Shown: positions 58,074 through 64,000 of the stretch, in pieces | How the letters are laid out: each line of letters begins with the position of its first letter | How positions within the stretch are numbered: position 1 is the stretch's first letter | Assembly: GCA_963793305.1 (NCBI GenBank) | Contig: CAWBZV010000003.1 | Span: 128,001-192,000, forward strand | DNA length: 64,000 nucleotides | Source of the DNA: an uncultured Gemmatimonadales bacterium | GTDB taxonomy: Bacteria; Gemmatimonadota; Gemmatimonadetes; Gemmatimonadales; Gemmatimonadaceae | Direction: 5' to 3' | Translations under genes and position numbers: made by a program | The notes under the pieces: model-generated | What the model saw: the letters and a program-made list of their open reading frames with translations, nothing else | Databases searched by the model: none | Told to the model about the DNA's origin: nothing

Positions 58074-59370
58074 TGGTTGCGCACCGGAAGCCGCTGAAGA
58101 TCTGCCGCCGCACCGGATAGTCCCAGTTGCGGAACGTGGTTCTCGCGACCATGGGCCGCGTCGCCCACGATCCGCCACGGAGCACCTTGTACTCGTCGCC
58201 GAAAAATACTTCGGAGTACTCGCGATACGGGAATGTCTCGTAACCGGGATACGGGCCGAAGTCGCTCGACGTCCACTCCCACGTGTCGCCGATCATCCCA
58301 TAACACCCCATCGGGGAGATATTCCGCGGATACGCACCAACAGGCGCGGTGCCGAATCCGAGCTGGTCGACATTGGCGAGCGCCGTCGTCGGAGGCTCAT
58401 CGCCCCATGGGAACGCCAGCGCGCGACCAGTTGTGGGATCCCACGTCGCGGCGACTTCCCACTCGGCCTCGGTTGGCAATCGTTTGCCGGCCCACCGCGC
58501 GAACGCCTTGGCCTCGTAGTACGACACATGACACACGGGGCGCGTCGGGTCAACCTGCTCGGCGCGATCCATCGACCGCGAGTACCATCCGGTGTCCGAG
58601 AGCGACCAATAGAGGGGCGCGACCGCGCGAGACTGGTCCAGCCACTGGAGCCCCGCGGGAGACCAGAGCTCGGGCCTGGTGTATCCGCCGTCAGCGATGA
58701 ATGCCAGATACTCGCCGTTGGTGACCGGCGTACGGTCGATGCGAAATGCCTTGAGCGTCACGCGATGCTGCGAGCGTTCGTTGTCGTAGGCCGCGCTCCG
58801 ATCGTTGGTGCCGAGCGTGTACTCGCCGGCTGGAACGCGAACCATGCTCTGCTTGATCTCACCGCCGGCGGGAAGCTCGTGTCGCCGCGCGGGATGATAC
58901 GGCCCACCCAATTTCAGTTGCAGCGTCTGCAGCATCGTCTCGTTGTGCTGATGCTCGTGCTGCGCGACCATGCGATAGACGTAGCCCTCGTGCAGCAGCG
59001 GCGATGCATCGAAGTCCACGGTCTCCAGTCGCCGCAGGACTTCCTCTCGCACGCGCTCCAAGTGCCCGAGCACTTCGGAACGCCGCGGTAACGGCAATGC
59101 ACCCCGCTCGCGGCGCGGATGCTCGAACGGGTTGTACACGCCCGGCATCTCGCCAAACTCGACCGGCCCGTCGAGGTGTTTGAGGAGCCACAGCTCCTCG
59201 AAGCTCGCGATGTGCCCGAGGTCCCAAATAATCGGGCTCATGAGCACGTCGTGCTGCTCCTCGAGATCGCGGTCGCTCAGAGTACTAATGAGCAGGAGCG
59301 TTCGCGCACGGGCATCCTGCAGCTCGGCCTCTAATTCAGCCGCCAGAGGACGCGTGAGGGTCGTTGACAC
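58066..59370 (-). CDS. egtB: Ergothioneine sulfoxide synthase (DinB plus FGE-sulfatase domains)
   Basis: MSPIIWDLGHIA, QHEHQHNETMLQ iron ligands, DNER..H, PVTNGEY, RLPTEAEWE, GDTWEWT, FRNWDYP.RRQIFSGFRCA. Confidence 0.92.
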   Translation of the reverse strand: MSTTLTRPLAAELEAELQDARARTLLLISTLSDRDLEEQHDVLMSPIIWDLGHIASFEELWLLKHLDGPVEFGEMPGVYNPFEHPRRERGALPLPRRSEVLGHLERVREEVLRRLETVDFDASPLLHEGYVYRMVAQHEHQHNETMLQTLQLKLGGPYHPARRHELPAGGEIKQSMVRVPAGEYTLGTNDRSAAYDNERSQHRVTLKAFRIDRTPVTNGEYLAFIADGGYTRPELWSPAGLQWLDQSRAVAPLYWSLSDTGWYSRSMDRAEQVDPTRPVCHVSYYEAKAFARWAGKRLPTEAEWEVAATWDPTTGRALAFPWGDEPPTTALANVDQLGFGTAPVGAYPRNISPMGCYGMIGDTWEWTSSDFGPYPGYETFPYREYSEVFFGDEYKVLRGGSWATRPMVARTTFRNWDYPVRRQIFSGFRCATND

Positions 59371-59409
59371 CTATGAGTTCTCCTACTCTTGGGACTAGAC
59401 CACTGAAAG

Positions 59410-60480
59410 ATGCACGGGTGCCCGGGGGAGCACGAACCATGCTCGTACGGTGACGATGATGGAGGTTCGGTTACTCGGTACGAGCGTATCTGTATGGAGG
59501 ACCAGCCGTTTGGCGAGTTGCTCTCGGCACGACGGTGCTGGGCGTGTTGCTCGGACGATCTGACCGAATTGACATGGGCGATCATCGATCAGCGACTCAT
59601 TTGCGGCGTGTGCATTCGGGGACGTGACATCCCCCGAACCGTCGCGTGCTATCGGGGCCGCAGCGGCTCGCCCCGGCGGTCCCTTCGCGCTGCATATGAG
59701 GCGATCGTTGCATTCAAAGAGTGCCGCCCCGGTGGTGATGCCCTCGGGCCGGTTCTCGCCGGCGCGCTGGCCTCGGCCGTCACGACAGTAGCCGCCGTTC
59801 ATGGGCTACCTAATGACACGGTACTCGTTCCGGTTCCCTCGTATCAGGACCAGCGCCCACACGTAGCGCGCCTCTGCTCGCTCATCTCTCTTCCCGGCAT
59901 TCGCACTCGGTCGGTGCTCCGTAAGATCCGCGATTTCCGTCAAGCGCGATTGGGCGCGGCCGCCCGAAGGGTGGCGAGCGCCGATGCATATCGCGTGACC
60001 GCCCGCGTGAAAAATCGCTCGGTGATCATCGCCGACGACATCATGACAACTGGTGCGACACTGGCGGCATGCGCCAACGCCCTCTATGACAAAGGCGCGC
60101 ACGAGGTATACGGCGCAGCCATCGTGCGCGCCATACAACGTCCGCGCAGCGGTCTCGTTGTGCTCGGCTCTCGGCAGGTTCGCGTGCGATGGACCGAGCT
60201 CGATGCTCGAGGGCGCACGGGGATTTCGCCTGGAAAGACGGCAATCTGGGTGCGATTTGGCTGCAGAAAACGTTGCCTACACATCCTTACCGCGGGACCA
60301 TTTCTCGCCCCGGCAATAGGTACTGAGTCGTTACACGCTTGGTCCTGCGAATGCGGCGAGAAGCACGCGATTGGGCTACGACGCGAGTGGCGTAGCGATG
60401 CCGAGGGCATCATCGAGCTCACACTGGCTCAGCGCCAGCCTTCCGAGCTTCTGATCGGTTTGCGACATTTCCGCCCATGA
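59410..60480 (+). CDS. ComF-like phosphoribosyltransferase with N-terminal Zn-ribbon and Cys/His-containing C-terminal extension
   Basis: CWAC...CGVC, AIVAFK, VLVPVP, RQA.L...RR, IIADDIMTTGATL PRPP loop. Start may be ATG near 59494. Confidence 0.8.
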   Translation: MHGCPGEHEPCSYGDDDGGSVTRYERICMEDQPFGELLSARRCWACCSDDLTELTWAIIDQRLICGVCIRGRDIPRTVACYRGRSGSPRRSLRAAYEAIVAFKECRPGGDALGPVLAGALASAVTTVAAVHGLPNDTVLVPVPSYQDQRPHVARLCSLISLPGIRTRSVLRKIRDFRQARLGAAARRVASADAYRVTARVKNRSVIIADDIMTTGATLAACANALYDKGAHEVYGAAIVRAIQRPRSGLVVLGSRQVRVRWTELDARGRTGISPGKTAIWVRFGCRKRCLHILTAGPFLAPAIGTESLHAWSCECGEKHAIGLRREWRSDAEGIIELTLAQRQPSELLIGLRHFRP

Positions 60481-61973
60481 ATCTGCCCGTTCTCGTTCTC
60501 GCACTCCTCGGCCACTGGGGCGAGGTTGGCCACCGTCTGATCGGCGCCGCCGCGGCCGCGGCCCTACCGGCCGAGATGCCAGCGTTCTTCCGCACCGCGG
60601 CAGATCAGCTCTCGTACTTGAACCCGGAGCCGGATCGCTGGAGGAGTCGAGCCGAGCGTTCGCTCGACCCGGCGGAGGACGATGCGTTCGCGCCGGATCA
60701 CTACATAGACCTGGAACGCGTACCCGCGGGCGCGCTCGACGCCCGCGATCGCTTCGCATACCTGGACACGCTCCGCGCCCATGGCGTCGACGCCGCCGGC
60801 GCCGGCCTGTTGCCGTTTCGCATTCTGGAGCTCTCGCAACGCCTGCGCGAAGAATTCCGGTTGTGGCGCGCGGCGACCGATGCGCGCACGAAGACGTGGA
60901 TCGAAGCGCGCATCATCAACGATGCCGGCATACTCGGCCACTACGTCGCGGATGGCTCGAACCCGCACCACACGACGATCCATTTCGACGGCTGGGTCGG
61001 CGACAATCCCAACGGATATACAGCGGCGCGCGGATTCCACGCGCGATTCGAATCGCTCTTTGTCCAAACCCACTTCGCGCCCGGTGACCTGCGCGTCGAC
61101 GAGAGCGCGCGAGTGTTCTCATCGCTGCGTCCGGCGATTCTCACCTACCTGCACGAGTCGAACGCATTAGTCCCCCGACTCTACGATCTCGACAAGCACG
61201 CGGCGTTCGACTCGGCGACGACTGATGCCGATGACAGGAAATTTGCGGTCGAGCGGCTCGTGGCGGGTGCACGGATGTTACGAGATATCTGGTGGACGGC
61301 GTGGATCACGAGTGGCCAGACCGTCGAGACCGTCGAGTCGGTGATCGCGCATGATATCACCGCGCGTGGAGGGATGGATCGGATTCACGCGTTGCGGACG
61401 GTCAAGCAAATCGGGCTCTTGATCAACGGCAAGGACACGTCGCGCCTGGTGATCGAGAACAAGCTGCCCGATGCGATGCGCATGGAGATCACGTCGGCGG
61501 GGAAGACGCTGCTGCGAGCGTATGATGGTCGGACCGGCTGGCAGAAGGCGCCCGACGCGAAGACGGCGAATCTCATGACGCCGGCCGAGCAAAAGAACAT
61601 CTCGCACGAGGCGGACATCATGAGCGCCCTCGTCGATTATGCCGCCAAGGGGAACCGGGTCGCGTTGCTCGGAACCGAGTCAGTCGAGGGGCGCGACGCC
61701 TACAAGGTCCAGGTGACGCTCAAGGACAGTACCGTGTTCGCGTACTTCATCGACCGCGAGACGTGGCTCCCGGTCAAGTGGCAAGGGGGTCCGTGGCAGA
61801 CCATGTACCGGGCGTTCACCGAGGCCGGTGGGGTGAAATTCCCATCGCGGTTCGAGACGACCGAGCGCGAGGCCACCGTGGCGGCGCCGCCCGTCGTTCT
61901 CGTCATCACGTCGATGGTCGCCAACCCGTCACTTCCGGACGCGCGATTCGCGCCGCCCGCTGACGCGCGCTGA
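60477..61973 (+). CDS. S1/P1-type Zn nuclease fused to a LolA-like (lipoprotein-sorting-type) domain
   Basis: Short signal then WGEVGH, PD, HYID, GHYVAD...PHH, FHARFES. Second half: VESVIA...ARGG, MRMEI, AYDG..GW, LLGTESVEGRDAYKV, YFID.ET.LP, GGVKFP. Confidence 0.75.
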   Translation: MNLPVLVLALLGHWGEVGHRLIGAAAAAALPAEMPAFFRTAADQLSYLNPEPDRWRSRAERSLDPAEDDAFAPDHYIDLERVPAGALDARDRFAYLDTLRAHGVDAAGAGLLPFRILELSQRLREEFRLWRAATDARTKTWIEARIINDAGILGHYVADGSNPHHTTIHFDGWVGDNPNGYTAARGFHARFESLFVQTHFAPGDLRVDESARVFSSLRPAILTYLHESNALVPRLYDLDKHAAFDSATTDADDRKFAVERLVAGARMLRDIWWTAWITSGQTVETVESVIAHDITARGGMDRIHALRTVKQIGLLINGKDTSRLVIENKLPDAMRMEITSAGKTLLRAYDGRTGWQKAPDAKTANLMTPAEQKNISHEADIMSALVDYAAKGNRVALLGTESVEGRDAYKVQVTLKDSTVFAYFIDRETWLPVKWQGGPWQTMYRAFTEAGGVKFPSRFETTEREATVAAPPVVLVITSMVANPSLPDARFAPPADAR

Positions 61974-62195
61974 CTATTTATTAATGCGACGATACTGGGG
62001 CGTGCCGTCGGGAGTGGCGCGCGACTCGACGTAACCCTTCCGGGCCAACGTCTCCAAATACAGGTACGCCCATTCCGCCATCCGGTCCACGTCGGCGAGT
62101 TTTGACAGATTCGGCGCCGCCTGGCTCGGTGTCGTCCAGTCGGTGAGCGGTACGCTCCTCAGAATCCATTGCTCGGCCGGCGTCAGCAATGCCAT
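61974..62195 (-). CDS. Small hypothetical protein, possibly winged-helix
   Basis: Strong RBS AGGAGGAG; LTPAEQWIL...YLETLARKGYVES.....QYR pattern. Confidence 0.6.
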   Translation of the reverse strand: MALLTPAEQWILRSVPLTDWTTPSQAAPNLSKLADVDRMAEWAYLYLETLARKGYVESRATPDGTPQYRRINK

Positions 62196-62222
62196 GATCC
62201 ACTCCTCCTATTATTCTGACGC

Positions 62223-63395
62223 GTGATGTCATCACTTATAACGTGGCGGTCGGACACGCCTGGCTGTAAAAATCGGATTCACCTGAATAACGCCGGCGCC
62301 GCGCTCATGCCCACCGCGGTCTCCGATGCGATTCAGCGCCATATCCACTTGGAGTCCGAGATCGGTGGATACGAGGCCCACGAAGCCGCTGAGACCGAGA
62401 TTCGAGGGGTCTACGCGGATCTGGCGCGCTACATAGGGGCGTCGGCCGGCGAGATCGCCGTCGTGGAGAACGCGACGGTGGCGTTCGCGCAGGCGCTGTC
62501 GGCGTTCGACCTCCGATCCGGGGATGCCATTATCACGAGCCGGGCCGACTATCCGTCGAACCAGCTCATGTACCTGTCGCTCGCCCGCCGACTCGGCGTC
62601 GAGATCCGCCGGGCGGCGGACCTGCCGGACGGTGGCGTCGATCCCGACAGCGTGCGCGCCCTCGCCCGGGACGGACGGTGTCGTGTGATCGCCATCACCT
62701 GGGTCCCGACGAACTCGGGACTGATCCAAAACGTCGAAGCCATCGGAGCGATCGCCGAGGAGCTCGAGATCCCGTACATCATCGACGCGTGTCAGAGCGT
62801 CGGCCAGATCCCGATCGACGTCGGGCGACTCAAATGCGACTTTCTCGCCGCGGCGGCGCGCAAGTTTCTGCGCGGGCCTCGCGGGGTCGGATTCCTCTAT
62901 GTCTCGAACAAGATCGCGGGGCGCGGGGCGTATCCACTCTACGTCGACATGCGCGGCGCTGATTGGACGAGCCCCGATACGTACGCGCTGGCGTCGGGCG
63001 GGCGGCGATTCGAAAATTGGGAATTTGCGTATGCGCTCGTCCTGGGCATGGGAGCGGCGGTACGGTACTCCCGGGATGTGGGCAACGTCACATTCACGCG
63101 TCCGGCGGAATTGGCGGCGCGATTGAGGACACTGCTCGCCGACGTGCCCGGCGTTCGGGTGACGGATCTCGGCCGCCATCGGGCCGCGATCGTGACCGCC
63201 GCGGTATCCGGTCACGATCCCGAGATGGTCAAGCTCAAGATGCGGGCGCGTGGCGTGAACGTGTGGACCTCGGAGCCACAGGAAGGCGCGAACGATGCCA
63301 GAGGCGAGCCGCTGCTCCGGCTCTCGCCACATTACTACAACACGGAGGAGGAGTTGGAGACCGCCGTCGCAACGTTGAGAAAGGTGCTATCATGA
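62223..63395 (+). CDS. Class V PLP enzyme (cysteine desulfurase / C-S lyase-like)
   Basis: IHLNNAGAALMP, ENAT, IIDACQSVGQ, RKFLRGPRGVG, RRFE, LRLSPHYYNT. Confidence 0.9.
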   Translation: MMSSLITWRSDTPGCKNRIHLNNAGAALMPTAVSDAIQRHIHLESEIGGYEAHEAAETEIRGVYADLARYIGASAGEIAVVENATVAFAQALSAFDLRSGDAIITSRADYPSNQLMYLSLARRLGVEIRRAADLPDGGVDPDSVRALARDGRCRVIAITWVPTNSGLIQNVEAIGAIAEELEIPYIIDACQSVGQIPIDVGRLKCDFLAAAARKFLRGPRGVGFLYVSNKIAGRGAYPLYVDMRGADWTSPDTYALASGGRRFENWEFAYALVLGMGAAVRYSRDVGNVTFTRPAELAARLRTLLADVPGVRVTDLGRHRAAIVTAAVSGHDPEMVKLKMRARGVNVWTSEPQEGANDARGEPLLRLSPHYYNTEEELETAVATLRKVLS

Positions 63396-63958
63396 CGCGA
63401 GACGAAGCACTCGCGCTCGTGCAGGAGTACACGGCCAGCGAATCGCTCCGCAAGCACATGCTGTCCGTCGAAGCCGCCATGCGGGCGTACGCCGAGCGCT
63501 GGGACGAGGACCAGGCGCGCTGGGGGCTCGCCGGATTGCTCCATGACTTCGACTACGAGCGCTTTCCAAACGCCGAGCACTCGCCGACCGAGGGGCACCC
63601 ATCCGAGGGCGTCCGCATCCTGCGCGAGCGTGGATGTCCCGACAACGTCCTCGAGGCCATCCTCGGCCATGCCCAATACACCGGCGTCGCCCGCAGCTCC
63701 CGGATGGCGCGCACGTTGTTCGCCGTCGATGAGCTCACGGGCCTCATCACCGCGACTGCGCTCGTCAAGCCGTCGAAGAAGGTCGCGGACGTCGAAGCGT
63801 CATCCGTGCGCAAGAAGATGAAGGACAAAGCCTTCGCGCGCGGCGTGAGTCGCGAGGATGTCGTGCAAGGTGCCGCGGAGCTCGGCGTCGATCTCGACGA
63901 GCATATTCAGTTTGTCATCGAGGCCATGAAACGCCACTCGGAGGCGCTAGGCCTGTAG
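63392..63958 (+). CDS. HD/HDIG domain metal-dependent hydrolase
   Basis: MTRDEAL, LRKHML.VEA.M, GLLHDFDYE, AILGH, DELTG, KDKAFARGV.R. ATGA overlap with the upstream stop. Confidence 0.9.
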   Translation: MTRDEALALVQEYTASESLRKHMLSVEAAMRAYAERWDEDQARWGLAGLLHDFDYERFPNAEHSPTEGHPSEGVRILRERGCPDNVLEAILGHAQYTGVARSSRMARTLFAVDELTGLITATALVKPSKKVADVEASSVRKKMKDKAFARGVSREDVVQGAAELGVDLDEHIQFVIEAMKRHSEALGL

Positions 63959-64000
63959 CTCAGTGAAATGATACGTCCGCCGGCAACGCGCGCACGATGA

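Overview
High-GC, gene-dense bacterial chromosomal window. Gene content and codon style suggest a diderm such as Gemmatimonadota (inference only). Contents in order: the end of a cupin gene; an AbiE-like type IV toxin-antitoxin pair with a palindromic operator; MMPL and GT9; a minus-strand run PilB/GspE-ATPase-REC, Hpt, Tat-exported asparaginase, RND permease, MFP, glucokinase, divergent from a PAS-PAS hybrid kinase; an amine/dicarboxylate catabolic operon (DmpA, two class III aminotransferases, ALDH, CoA-transferase A/B, APC permease, PD40-PHP hydrolase); SDR/AraC; an unusual ECF sigma factor translationally coupled to an HTH-less LexA/S24 autopeptidase, followed by a small secreted protein (best candidate for an undescribed system); ATP-grasp/LLM monooxygenase; orphan EmrA and UgpC; a Sec-exported 1815-aa Rhs toxin with a candidate immunity gene and a sigma54 promoter; CsaA; Tat-TldD/PmbA; a REC-thioredoxin-reductase-like / cNMP-kinase / UBP-zinc-finger cluster; a pilin; egtB-egtD-egtA linked to an EgtUV-like ABC transporter; a ComF-like PRTase coupled to an S1/P1 nuclease fusion; a class V PLP enzyme; an HD hydrolase. 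Many genes are frameshifted. I counted 16 sites explained by the same event, an extra A in GAYG, which points to systematic long-read error (possibly modification-driven) rather than pseudogenisation. No rRNA, tRNA, CRISPR array, transposase or integrase was recognised.
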